From contig JANQMZ010000007.1 of the NCBI GenBank assembly GCA_028279805.1, forward strand, positions 540,001-572,000: a stretch of DNA of 32,000 nucleotides. Reading direction: 5' to 3'. Shown here in pieces: positions 17,296 through 26,492 of the stretch. The notes under the pieces are model-generated. The model saw only the letters and a program-made list of their open reading frames with translations, made no database searches and was not told where the DNA came from. This DNA comes from an archaeon (GTDB lineage: Archaea > Iainarchaeota > Iainarchaeia > Iainarchaeales > JANQMZ01). Made by a program: the position numbers and the translations under genes. Every line of letters begins with the position of its first letter. Position 1 is the stretch's first letter.

Positions 17296-18666
17296 TTAAA
17301 ACTTTAAATTTAAAGAAGAATCAACTGCTGAAAGCTTTTCTTTAACAGTTTTTTTTATTTTTTCAAGATTTTCAGGGGAATCAGCTTCAAACCTTAAAAC
17401 AAGCTCCGGAGCTGTATTAGATGCCCTGATTAAGCCCCAGCCGTTTGGAAAATTGATTCTCAGGCCGTCAATGTCAACTATTTCAAATTGTTCTGAAAAA
17501 AATTGTTTAGCTTTTTCAACAATTTTAAACTTGTTGTTATCATGGGATTTTATCCTTATTTCAGGTGAAGAAAAATATTTGGGAATATTGTCAACCAAAA
17601 CAGAAAAAGATTGTGATTGTTTTGATAATAATTCTATTAATCTTGCCCCTGCATATAAACCATCGTCAAAACCAAAATATTTGTCAGCAAAAAACATGTG
17701 TCCTGACATTTCTCCTGCCAGCGGAATTGAATCCTGTTTCATTTTCTTTTTAATGTTTGAATGGCCTGTTTTCCACATTATTGGCTTTCCTTGCAGATTT
17801 TCAATTTCATCAATTAAAGCTTTTGAACATTTAACTTCAAACAAAATTTTTGAATTTGGTTTTTGTTTTAAAACCTGTTTTGAAAATAAAGCCAGAAGAA
17901 TATCCCCGAAAACCATTCTTCCTTTTTCATCAACCGCCCCAATCCTGTCTCCATCGGCATCAAACGCAATTCCCAGATCAGCTTTTTCTTCCAAAACTTT
18001 TTTTTTCAAATCAGCAACATTTTCTTCAACAACAGGGTCAGGATGATGGTTTGGAAAAGAAGAATCTAAGTTACAATATAATTTGGTTACATCACAGCCA
18101 ATTTTTTCAAACAAGTCAGGTGCAATTAAGCCTGTGACGCCGTTGCCACAGTCAACAACAACTTTGAGTTTTTTTTCAGGCTTTATTTGTGAAACAATGT
18201 TTTCAGTGTATTCATTTAAAATGTTTTTTTCTTCAACTGAGCCTTTTCCCTCAACAAAGTTCAAGTTTTCTGCAAGTTTTCTTAATTCCTGAATTTCTTT
18301 TCCTGACAATGTTAATAAACCATTGCTTAATTTTAAACCGTTATATTCCTGGGGCAGATGGGAAGCTGTAACCATTATTCCGCCGTGAGCTGAAAAATGA
18401 TGAATTGCAAAATAATAAACAGGGGTTGGTACAACTCCTATGTCTATTACATCAAAACCTGATTCAGTGAAAGCTTTTGCAACGGAATCCCGGAACATTT
18501 TGGATGATGGCCTGTTATCCCTGCCGATTATTAATTTTGACGCGTTTTGTTTTTTCATAAAAAAAGAATAAGCTTTTGCAATCATTTCAACATTTTGCTT
18601 TGTTAAATCTTTTTCAGCTATGCCCCTGATATCATATTCTCTGAAAATTTCTTTAGGCAGATGCAT
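17296..18666 (-). CDS. phosphomannomutase/phosphoglucomutase family protein
   Basis: FREYDIRGIAEKDLT, VTASHLPQEYNGLKLS (catalytic Ser loop), DADGDRIGAVDEKG, GEMSGHMFFAD. Confidence 0.92.
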   Translation of the reverse strand: MHLPKEIFREYDIRGIAEKDLTKQNVEMIAKAYSFFMKKQNASKLIIGRDNRPSSKMFRDSVAKAFTESGFDVIDIGVVPTPVYYFAIHHFSAHGGIMVTASHLPQEYNGLKLSNGLLTLSGKEIQELRKLAENLNFVEGKGSVEEKNILNEYTENIVSQIKPEKKLKVVVDCGNGVTGLIAPDLFEKIGCDVTKLYCNLDSSFPNHHPDPVVEENVADLKKKVLEEKADLGIAFDADGDRIGAVDEKGRMVFGDILLALFSKQVLKQKPNSKILFEVKCSKALIDEIENLQGKPIMWKTGHSNIKKKMKQDSIPLAGEMSGHMFFADKYFGFDDGLYAGARLIELLSKQSQSFSVLVDNIPKYFSSPEIRIKSHDNNKFKIVEKAKQFFSEQFEIVDIDGLRINFPNGWGLIRASNTAPELVLRFEADSPENLEKIKKTVKEKLSAVDSSLNLKF

Positions 18667-18711
18667 GTTAAAATAAGTTAAAAGAATAATTTAAAGAAAT
18701 TGGTTCAAAGA

Positions 18712-19047
18712 TTATGATTGTTTAATTTGAGCCGCTTTTTCAAACAGTTTCCCTGCTTTTTCTTTTTCATTTAATTCTGAAAAAATTGTTGCAGCTCTTT
18801 CAAAAAAATCAGCAGCTGCTTCTTTATAATCCTGATTCAAATGCGTTTCAGCTATGTCCTCAAACATTTTTGCGCCTTCCTTTCTCTTGGTAAAACTGTT
18901 ATTGGATTTTCCCAAACGAATTGCGTTTTCTATGTCGGAATGGGTTTCTGCAATTGTTCTTATTGTTGGCCTGGTTGACGCTGGTTTTTGACCTGAATGT
19001 ATTCCTTTGCTTATATGCCTTTCACTTGGTTTCGGACCTTTTCCCAT
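18712..19047 (-). CDS. small TPR/SNAP-like helical protein
   Basis: C-terminal AETHLNQDYKEAAADFFERAATIFSELNEKEKAGKLFEKAAQI; SD AGGTG before ATG. Confidence 0.6.
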   Translation of the reverse strand: MGKGPKPSERHISKGIHSGQKPASTRPTIRTIAETHSDIENAIRLGKSNNSFTKRKEGAKMFEDIAETHLNQDYKEAAADFFERAATIFSELNEKEKAGKLFEKAAQIKQS

Positions 19048-19148
19048 AAAAACACCTTTTGCTTTTAATTAAAATAAAAAAAAGAATTACTTAAATGTTT
19101 CTGTGTTTTTTAAAAACCATTAAATAATTCTTTGATGTTATTGGCTTC

Positions 19149-20060
19149 ATGTTGGATGTTTTATGCATTGGAAATGTTACATTAGATGTTTTCATTGAAT
19201 TAGATAAACGCTTTAAAAAAGGCAAAAAACTTGTTTTTGATGAAGGAACCAAGATTGAAGCTAAAAGCATTAAATATGAAACCGGCGGCGGGGCAAACAA
19301 TTCAGCTGTTGCTTTAAAAAAATTAAACTGCAAAACAGGAATTTTTTCAATTGTGGGAAAAGACAAAAGCGCTCCTGTGATTCTGGACGAATTAAAAAAA
19401 AGCAAAATTAACACTGAACTGATTTTAAAAGACAAAAAACTGAAAACAAGTTATTCTGCAATTTTAACCGGTGCAAACGACAGAGTAATTTTAACCCATT
19501 CTGGGGCGATTAAAAAAATTAACAAAGTAATTTTGCCTTTAAACAAAATGAAAGCAAAATGGTTTCACATCAGTTCTTTTCATGTTCCGCCAAAAGCTTT
19601 AAGCAAAATAATAAATTTTGGCTATAAAAACAAAATAAAAATTGCATGGAATCCCGGCAACACAGAATTAAAACAGGGATTAAAAAAATTAAAACCTTTG
19701 TTAAAAAAAACAAATGTTTTGTTTTTAAATAAAAAAGAATCAGAAATTTTAACAAAAGAAAAAAATGTAAAAAAAGCATTAGAAAAACTTGGAAAGTTTT
19801 GTAAAATTGTTGTAATAACTTTGGGCAAAAATGGAGCAATTGCTTTTTCTGATGGAAACTTTTTTATCGGAAAAACTAAAAAAATTAAAAAACTGGATTC
19901 AACTGGTGCGGGGGATGCTTTTAATTCTGCTTTTAATGCGGCTTTAATTAAAAACAAATCAATTGACATTGCTTTGAAATGGGGAGTTAAAAACGCTCAA
20001 AGTGTTATCAGGTTTATTGGTGCAAAAAACAGGCTTTTAACATTAAAAGAAATTAAATAA
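19149..20060 (+). CDS. PfkB/ribokinase family carbohydrate kinase
   Basis: LDVLCIGNVTLDVFI, YETGGGANNSAVALKKLNCKTGIFSIVGKD, VLFLNKKE, DSTGAGDAFNSAFNAALI. Confidence 0.9.
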   Translation: MLDVLCIGNVTLDVFIELDKRFKKGKKLVFDEGTKIEAKSIKYETGGGANNSAVALKKLNCKTGIFSIVGKDKSAPVILDELKKSKINTELILKDKKLKTSYSAILTGANDRVILTHSGAIKKINKVILPLNKMKAKWFHISSFHVPPKALSKIINFGYKNKIKIAWNPGNTELKQGLKKLKPLLKKTNVLFLNKKESEILTKEKNVKKALEKLGKFCKIVVITLGKNGAIAFSDGNFFIGKTKKIKKLDSTGAGDAFNSAFNAALIKNKSIDIALKWGVKNAQSVIRFIGAKNRLLTLKEIK

Positions 20061-20852
20061 AAAAATTGAATTCAAAAGGTTTAACAAAAAAAGCAAAACA
20101 GTCCTTTGTTTAAACCATAAAACACCTGAAGCAAAAGCAAGTTTTGGCTCAATCTGAACAGTAAAAGAATGTTTTTTTGAATTGCTTAAAGCCAGAATTT
20201 CAAGCTTTTCTGAATTTGCAGGAATTTTAACAAAAAAATTAACAATTTTTCTTGCCCTGGGCTGAACAGTTGTCTGGGTTGAAAAAAATATGTCCTGATT
20301 TTGAGGTGCAAAAATAAACATTTCCTGAATTTCATCAGTTCTGTTGGCAATGCTTAAAGAACCTGATACAACATTTTCCTTTAAGCCTGAAGGATGCTTA
20401 ACAACAGAAAAAAGCATGCTTCCCGTTTCATCAAAAAAAACAGGTTTCATTGAAAAATTTTCAGAATAATTTAATTTTTTTGAAATTGTTTTATTTTCAT
20501 TAAAATAGTCAACAGTTAAAAGTAATGAAACTGAACTGTCTGAAAAAAAAGATTTGTCCACAAAAGCACTGATTTTTTGAATATCATTTAATTCTATTAA
20601 TTTTTCAGGCAAAAAAACTGTTTTTTCCTCATTTTCTGATAAAATGTGCAAAACCGGTTTGACAATTGTTACCGTGTTGCCGTTGTTTTTAAGATAAAAA
20701 TCTGTTTGTAAAACATTTTGAACCGGTTCTGAAACTGAAAAATTTTGAACAGAAACATTAAGATTTGTTTTAATGTCAACTTTTATGTTTGCATTTGAAA
20801 AAACATTCAGAAAGAAAAAAACAAAAAACAAAAAAATGAAAATTTTTTTCAT
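20043..20852 (-). CDS. exported beta-rich protein with C-terminal TM
   Basis: Start at internal ATG (KKIFIFLFFVFFFLNVFSNA signal); C-terminal QRTVLLFLLNLLNSIFLFNFF. The supplied ORF start at 20915 lies inside the next gene. Confidence 0.65.
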   Translation of the reverse strand: MKKIFIFLFFVFFFLNVFSNANIKVDIKTNLNVSVQNFSVSEPVQNVLQTDFYLKNNGNTVTIVKPVLHILSENEEKTVFLPEKLIELNDIQKISAFVDKSFFSDSSVSLLLTVDYFNENKTISKKLNYSENFSMKPVFFDETGSMLFSVVKHPSGLKENVVSGSLSIANRTDEIQEMFIFAPQNQDIFFSTQTTVQPRARKIVNFFVKIPANSEKLEILALSNSKKHSFTVQIEPKLAFASGVLWFKQRTVLLFLLNLLNSIFLFNFF

Positions 20853-20856
20853 AAAA

Positions 20857-21252
20857 TTACCTGCATTTAACAAATACAAAAACATTTCCCAAATAATGCT
20901 TTTTCCGGGCATCAAAAGGAACCTTTAATGTTATTTCAAATTCTTCTGATTCAAAACTTTTAATTGTTTTGGGGTCGGGAACAAAAAGCCATCTGGAAGC
21001 TTCTCCATCCGAAGAGAGGCTGAAAGAACATGTTTTTTCATTGGTGTTTGTTAAAGTTAAAAATCTTGTAACACTTGAACCCGGGCCGACAGAACCAAAA
21101 TTTAAAGCATTAGTATCAACATTTGGCCCGATATCATGGGGTTCAACAACATTAAAATTGTATGAAATCGTTTCAGAGGGTTTGGAAAGACAGCCTGAAA
21201 ACATTAAAAAAAATGAAAAAATTATTACAATAACGGCTTTTTTGGCAACCAT
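20857..21252 (-). CDS. lipoprotein with Hydin/ASH-like Ig fold
   Basis: AVIVIIFSFFLMFSGC lipobox; LNFGSVGPGSSVTRFLTLTNTNEKTCSFSL pattern. Confidence 0.65.
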   Translation of the reverse strand: MVAKKAVIVIIFSFFLMFSGCLSKPSETISYNFNVVEPHDIGPNVDTNALNFGSVGPGSSVTRFLTLTNTNEKTCSFSLSSDGEASRWLFVPDPKTIKSFESEEFEITLKVPFDARKKHYLGNVFVFVKCR

Positions 21253-21291
21253 AAAACCTAAAATTGTTCAAAAAAGCTTTAATTAATACTC

Positions 21292-22329
21292 TTAAATTAA
21301 GAATCCTAGAATTCTTCTCAAAAAATGGATAATCAGAAAAATTGATGCCAGTGAAAAAACAGAAAAAACAATCGGAGGCAGGTTGAAAGGAGCGTTGTCC
21401 TGCAAAGGCAAATAAATGCATTCCCCGTCAAAACAACTTAATCCCGGGCCGCAGGGAGTCAAGTTAGGGACAATTTTATGAATGCAGTTTCCGAAAGAAC
21501 ATGAATCTGTTGTACAAAGGTTTGAATCATCACAGTTAACATTTGTGCATAAAATTTTGTTAATAAGATTTTCATCAAAAACAAATTCTTTCATTGTAGC
21601 AGGCAAAACGTTTTCCAGCAACAATTTTTCATCAATTTTTTGTTCAATAAAATATTTTATTTCAAGCTTTTCTTTTGGTTTAACATTTTCAATTCTGAAT
21701 CCGAAAAAATCGTCAAGCAAAAAAAGTTTTTTATCTGCTTTAACTTTATAAATGTTAATAAAAGATTCAAGTTTTTCAGCTATTTCTATTTTGCCGGTGT
21801 TTTTGTTTGAAAAATTTGACAATGTTAAGGAAAAAATAGTTTTGTAAGATTTTGTTCCGGAATCATCAGTTTCAATAATTTTAATATTTTTTAAAAGAGT
21901 TAAACTGTTTTCAGAATCAATTGTTCTTGCAATTCCGTGAACAAAAGGAATTTCAATTTGTTCAAACAAATTCAAAAGATTTTCATAGGGAAGCGATTTT
22001 GAAACATTGTGGTCAAAAATAATATTCATATCCGGAATACTTTCATCTATTTCGGGAAAAACCAAAAGGCACTGGCATGAAAAGCATTCATAATTTTCAG
22101 AACACTGATTGTCAAACTCGCATTCCTCTTTTTGGTTAATGTAGCCGTTGCCGCACAAATATCTTTTGATTATGGCATAACTTGCATCCGGAGTTGAAGT
22201 TGTATCACCTGACCCTGAAGCTGAATCGTTTATTTCAATGGTTACAGAGCCCGAATCGCTGGATTCTGCAAAAACAGAGGGAACAAGCAAAAAAATGCTT
22301 AAAATTAAAAAAAATTTAAAAAATTTCAT
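21292..22329 (-). CDS. exported Cys-rich protein with C-terminal TM
   Basis: Signal FFLILSIFLLVPSVFA; CGNGYINQKEECEFDNQCSENYECFSCQC; CDDSNLCTTDSCSFGNCIHKIVPNLTPCGPGLSCFDGEC; TM IVFSVFSLASIFLIIHFL. Confidence 0.7.
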   Translation of the reverse strand: MKFFKFFLILSIFLLVPSVFAESSDSGSVTIEINDSASGSGDTTSTPDASYAIIKRYLCGNGYINQKEECEFDNQCSENYECFSCQCLLVFPEIDESIPDMNIIFDHNVSKSLPYENLLNLFEQIEIPFVHGIARTIDSENSLTLLKNIKIIETDDSGTKSYKTIFSLTLSNFSNKNTGKIEIAEKLESFINIYKVKADKKLFLLDDFFGFRIENVKPKEKLEIKYFIEQKIDEKLLLENVLPATMKEFVFDENLINKILCTNVNCDDSNLCTTDSCSFGNCIHKIVPNLTPCGPGLSCFDGECIYLPLQDNAPFNLPPIVFSVFSLASIFLIIHFLRRILGFLI

Positions 22330-22365
22330 TTAAAAATAAAGTTGTGAATTTTTATTAATAAATCT

Positions 22366-24156
22366 TTATTTTTTGGATTTTTCTTTGTTTTTGGCGGATT
22401 TGAGCTTTTCAACTTCTTTCAGTTCTTTTCTAAGGTTTTTCATTACAAGTTCAAAAGATTCTTTGTTTATTTTGCCTTCAATATGCTGTTTTGTCAAACT
22501 GTTTATTCTTGCAAGAATATCATCTTCAACAAGTTTTAACTGTGACTCCGCTTTGTTTGAAACTTTTTTTGTTTTAAGATGTTTTTTTGATTCTTTTTCA
22601 AATTGTTTCTGTGTTGCCTGTGATTCATTTTCATTGATTTCTTTTTCAGGTTTCTGGGATGTTTGACCTGTTTCAATTTGAATTTTAATTTTTTCAAGAA
22701 AAGATTTCTGGGATAAGACAAGCAATAAAAGCTCGTCAATTTTTGAAACATGGTTTGTTACATTGTACAATTGTTTGTAAGTTTTTTGGCTTTTCTTTTT
22801 AATTTTTTTCAAATCTTTTTCCTGTTTTTTCAAAAAAGATTTTATTATTAAAAGAGTTGCAGTTGTTTTGTCTAATTCCAAAATTTTTTCATTTAATTCC
22901 TCAAAGTCAATGAAAGAATTTGGCTCTGCTGGCACAGGCTGGACAACTTTTTTTGGCGAAGGTTTCGGCAATACTGATAATAATTTATTTCTCTGGGTGA
23001 ACAGAATTATCAGCAAAAATAAGAATAATCCTGCCAGAATCAAGTTTGAATCAAAAGAAAAAGGGGATGATTGTGAAACAATGATGTTTGTTTCAAAAAC
23101 TGATGATTCTTCATTAACATTTATTGTTGCCTTAAGCTTGTAAGTTTTTGGCTCAATGTTCTGCAGGTTAAAAAAAGCTTCAAGTGTTTTTATTTCAAAA
23201 GGATCAAAATTTAGTGCATTGGTGCGGTCAGAAACAATTATTTGGCCTGTTTCAATATCAATCAATTGTACATCTGCTGCAACATTTTCAATTGTTTGAC
23301 CCCACTTGCTTTCAGCTTCAATAAAAACATTGTTTATTGTTCCCGCGGTTAAAAACTCGTTTATTATTTTATTAATTTGAACAGTTTTCAAGCCAATCTG
23401 CAGGTTTTGCAAGGACTCAAGTGTTTGCAAATCATCATATAAAACAAGTATTTTTGCTTTATAATTTCCGGAATCATATTCTGAACCGTTAAAAAAAACT
23501 TCAATTGTTCTTATTTCATCAGGGGTAATTTGTTTTTCCTGGTTTGAAAAAATTGTTTCAAGATATTTATCCTTAAAATCAAAAATGTCAATTTTTGTTT
23601 TAGCATTGTTAATTGTTTCAAGCCCGAGGTTCCAGAAATCCACTGAAAATTTTACCTGTCCTGCGTCAAGAGAATCATTTATTCTTATTGAACGAATCTC
23701 CCCGAATTTTCCCGGAAAAGGTGAAACAACAAAAACCTGAAACAAAGAAACACTTTTTGTTCCGATTCCTTCACCCGGTTTTGTTTGAGGTTCAACTCTT
23801 AGTGTAGCGCGGTGTTTTCCGGATTCAAATTCTTCAGGCATGTTAATAGTGTAAAAAACTTTGATTCTTTCCCTGGGCTTTAACTCAAAACTTTTCACAT
23901 CCAAATTAATGTATTGCCCCAAATCGGAAACATAACCGCTGAAGCCGCCGACACGCTGGTTGGTATCAGGAACAACTGAAACATTAATTGTTCTGGTTTC
24001 ATTGGTTCTTGAAACAATTTCAAAAAAATTTGACTTGGCTTCTCCTGATTCAAAATCAACATAATGCAAACCGGGAGAAATTCCATAATTAAAGGAGAAT
24101 ACATTTAAGGATAAAATTATTAAAAAAATTGCAACAAAAAAAAATTTTTTAAACAA
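22366..24156 (-). CDS. exported Ig-like (NEW3/COG1470-type) surface protein with TM and cytoplasmic coiled coil
   Basis: Signal peptide, FELKPRERIKVFYTINMPEEFESGKHRATLRV, TM NLILAGLFLFLLLIILF, long Lys/Glu coiled-coil tail. Confidence 0.7.
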   Translation of the reverse strand: MFKKFFFVAIFLIILSLNVFSFNYGISPGLHYVDFESGEAKSNFFEIVSRTNETRTINVSVVPDTNQRVGGFSGYVSDLGQYINLDVKSFELKPRERIKVFYTINMPEEFESGKHRATLRVEPQTKPGEGIGTKSVSLFQVFVVSPFPGKFGEIRSIRINDSLDAGQVKFSVDFWNLGLETINNAKTKIDIFDFKDKYLETIFSNQEKQITPDEIRTIEVFFNGSEYDSGNYKAKILVLYDDLQTLESLQNLQIGLKTVQINKIINEFLTAGTINNVFIEAESKWGQTIENVAADVQLIDIETGQIIVSDRTNALNFDPFEIKTLEAFFNLQNIEPKTYKLKATINVNEESSVFETNIIVSQSSPFSFDSNLILAGLFLFLLIILFTQRNKLLSVLPKPSPKKVVQPVPAEPNSFIDFEELNEKILELDKTTATLLIIKSFLKKQEKDLKKIKKKSQKTYKQLYNVTNHVSKIDELLLLVLSQKSFLEKIKIQIETGQTSQKPEKEINENESQATQKQFEKESKKHLKTKKVSNKAESQLKLVEDDILARINSLTKQHIEGKINKESFELVMKNLRKELKEVEKLKSAKNKEKSKK

Positions 24157-24284
24157 TTATGATTCGCCCCTTTGTGCTTTGAGAATAGAAAGAATGAAAT
24201 AGCTTATAATTTTAACCAAAACAATAAAAACATTTAAATAGTGAAAATATCATAAAATACTGATTAAAACAGGGGAACACTATT

Positions 24285-24869
24285 ATGAACAAAAAGATTC
24301 TGTTGCTGGGAGTCACAATTCTTATTATTCTGGGAATAATTGTGCCATACGCCATTTCAGAATCATCTGATACGGGAACAGTTAATGTTGAAATTAATGC
24401 AACCGTTACAATAGATGTTGATAATAGTCCGATGGCTTTTGCTTTGGATCCGGGGCTTGGAGACCAGAACGGGTCAAGCGACATACCTTTTAGAATTGTG
24501 AATACAGGCTCAGTTGATATTGATGTTTCAACATGTGCAGGACGTTTGCACTGGAAAGCGGATGCCAATGACACAAATTATTACAGGTGGATGATGGACC
24601 AGAATGAAGCAAGTTCCTGTACAAGCATTAGAGGCGGCATAAGTGACAAAAACTGGGTTGACTTTAACATAACAGACACTTCAGATGCAAGCGGGACTGT
24701 TTGCACAGGATTACAGTTTGAAAACTCAACTGATTCAATAAATGTTGGAATTTTTATAAGCTCTCCTTCAGGAGAACCTGACACAACAAGTTTGTCATCA
24801 ACTGTTACATTTTATGTTGCACAGGATTCAGGTGCCGGAGACCAGTCACTGCAAGCTAATTGTAATTAA
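24285..24869 (+). CDS. exported surface protein with beta-rich domain
   Basis: NKKILLLGVTILIILGIIVPYAISESSDTGTVNVEINATVTIDV...; SD AGGGGAACACTATTATG. Confidence 0.65.
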   Translation: MNKKILLLGVTILIILGIIVPYAISESSDTGTVNVEINATVTIDVDNSPMAFALDPGLGDQNGSSDIPFRIVNTGSVDIDVSTCAGRLHWKADANDTNYYRWMMDQNEASSCTSIRGGISDKNWVDFNITDTSDASGTVCTGLQFENSTDSINVGIFISSPSGEPDTTSLSSTVTFYVAQDSGAGDQSLQANCN

Positions 24870-24872
24870 AAA

Positions 24873-25286
24873 TCAGTTCAAATGCTTTTCAGCTTTTTTT
24901 ATTAAATTTTTGGTATTGTCAAAAGTTAATTTGTTTAACGCCTTTTCAAATGAAAGCCATTCAAAATTTTTATGTTCAAATGATAATTTTATTTCATCCA
25001 TAGGGCTTTTGGCTAAAAAGAAAACAACCTGTTTTTTTATTAAATCTTTTTTGCTTTTAAAAGAATAAAAAATTTTTTCCCGGTAACCTGAAACAATTTG
25101 AACATTTTTTAACCCGGTTTCTTCTTCCACCTCTCTTTTAACTGTGTCAAGTTCCTTTTCAGAGTTTTCAATGTGGCCTTTGGCAAAGCCCCAGTATCCT
25201 TTGGCATACTGTAAAACAAGGTAAAGCCTTTTTCCCGAATCTTCGTTAAAAATTATGGCTCCGCAGCTTTTTTCCTCTTTTATCAA
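24873..25286 (-). CDS. NUDIX hydrolase (Ap4A hydrolase-like)
   Basis: Nudix box GHIENSEKELDTVKREVEEETGL. TTG start after AGGTG-T8 preferred over GTG 25295. Confidence 0.88.
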   Translation of the reverse strand: MIKEEKSCGAIIFNEDSGKRLYLVLQYAKGYWGFAKGHIENSEKELDTVKREVEEETGLKNVQIVSGYREKIFYSFKSKKDLIKKQVVFFLAKSPMDEIKLSFEHKNFEWLSFEKALNKLTFDNTKNLIKKAEKHLN

Positions 25287-25298
25287 AAAAAACACCTT

Positions 25299-25886
25299 TT
25301 AAACGAATTGTTCATATTTTTTAAAATTAAACCTGTACAAAAAATGTTTAATTTTATTATTTTTAAAAGAATAATTTTGTAAAACATTTTCTTTTGAACC
25401 TGAAAATTTTTCAAAATCTTCATCCAAAGCCGGGTCAAGCAAAAAAAATTTGTCATCAAATTCTGTTATAACAAAAGCATGAGTTGACAAATCTGTTAAT
25501 TCTGCAATTACAACAGAAGCATTTTTGTCACCCAAACCTGCCAGCAATGAGCATAAAAAAACAGCCAAATCTTCATCATCTGCAACCTTGTTTGTTAAAA
25601 TTTCTTTGGGGGAAAACCAGTAACTTAAATCCATATTTGTTTCAACAAAAGAAATTGATTCCTGCACAAAAGAAAAAACTTTTTTTGCAACATCCGGATA
25701 ATTTTTTTCAAAAGAATAATTTTCAGGCTTAAAATCTTCGAGCAAACTTTGAATTGTCAAATCTTCGGGATTAACCAGATTTTTAATTTCTCCAACAGTT
25801 TTTTTATTGGCCTTGTTAATCAAATCAGAATGTTTTTTAAGCAAAGCCCTGTAAAGCTTTAACTTAAGCTCGTCAGAAGAATCCAT
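25299..25886 (-). CDS. transglutaminase-like fold protein, apparently without catalytic Cys
   Basis: WFSPKEILTNKVADDEDLAVFLCSLLAGLG...THAFVITEFDDKFFLLDPA: matches the TGase core pattern with Asp where Cys is usual. Confidence 0.55.
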   Translation of the reverse strand: MDSSDELKLKLYRALLKKHSDLINKANKKTVGEIKNLVNPEDLTIQSLLEDFKPENYSFEKNYPDVAKKVFSFVQESISFVETNMDLSYWFSPKEILTNKVADDEDLAVFLCSLLAGLGDKNASVVIAELTDLSTHAFVITEFDDKFFLLDPALDEDFEKFSGSKENVLQNYSFKNNKIKHFLYRFNFKKYEQFV

Positions 25887-26036
25887 TAAAAAATATTTAA
25901 CTGAAAATGGCTTTAAATGCGTTGGAATTTTAAAAAAAAAGCTTTAACGCGGGTAAAAAGCAAAAAATGAGCATTTTTTATTAAAAAAAAAGCTTTTTTT
26001 TGAAAAAGTTTTAATACTCGCTTGAATTTATTTTAA

Positions 26037-26447
26037 TTGATTATTATGCCCTTACATCCTTTTGGCGGAAGACGTCCTGTTAATATTGGGGAACGAGCAT
26101 ACAATCCTGCTTTTAAAGGTGTTCCAAAAACAAGCCTGCCTTATTTGAGATTATCAATTGGACGCATAAACAAAGGACTGAAAACCGGAACCGGTGATTA
26201 TCTGAATCATGGCTCACACGGATTATTACAAATAGCAGAAACCTGTGAAAAAGCTGCAAAACATGAAGAGGCAAAAGGAAATGATGCAGAAGCTGCAAAA
26301 TATCAAGAAAAAGCAATAGCCTTGCGTAAAGAAGCAGCTGATTTTCTTATGCAGGCTGGCCGAACTAAAAGAGCGGTTAGTGCCTTGAAAAAAGCCGGAA
26401 TTGAAAACCCTGAAGAATTTCTAAGGCAGGAAGGCTGGAATATTTAA
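26037..26447 (+). CDS. hypothetical helical protein
   Basis: LLQIAETCEKAAKHEEAKGNDAEAAKYQEKAIALRKEAADFLMQAG, TPR-like helices. Confidence 0.55.
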   Translation: MIIMPLHPFGGRRPVNIGERAYNPAFKGVPKTSLPYLRLSIGRINKGLKTGTGDYLNHGSHGLLQIAETCEKAAKHEEAKGNDAEAAKYQEKAIALRKEAADFLMQAGRTKRAVSALKKAGIENPEEFLRQEGWNI

Positions 26448-26492
26448 AGGTAAATAGTTTTTTAATTGTAAAATAGCTTAATTTAGCTGTAT

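Noticed and set aside
20852-20915. Overlap of the 20043-20915 ORF with the lipoprotein gene at 20857
   Set aside because: Artefact of the upstream ATG; the signal peptide starts at the internal ATG near 20852, leaving no overlap.
22868-23143. 91-aa plus-strand ORF within the exported Ig-like gene
   Set aside because: Antisense shadow; the minus-strand frame has signal peptide, TM and coherent domains.
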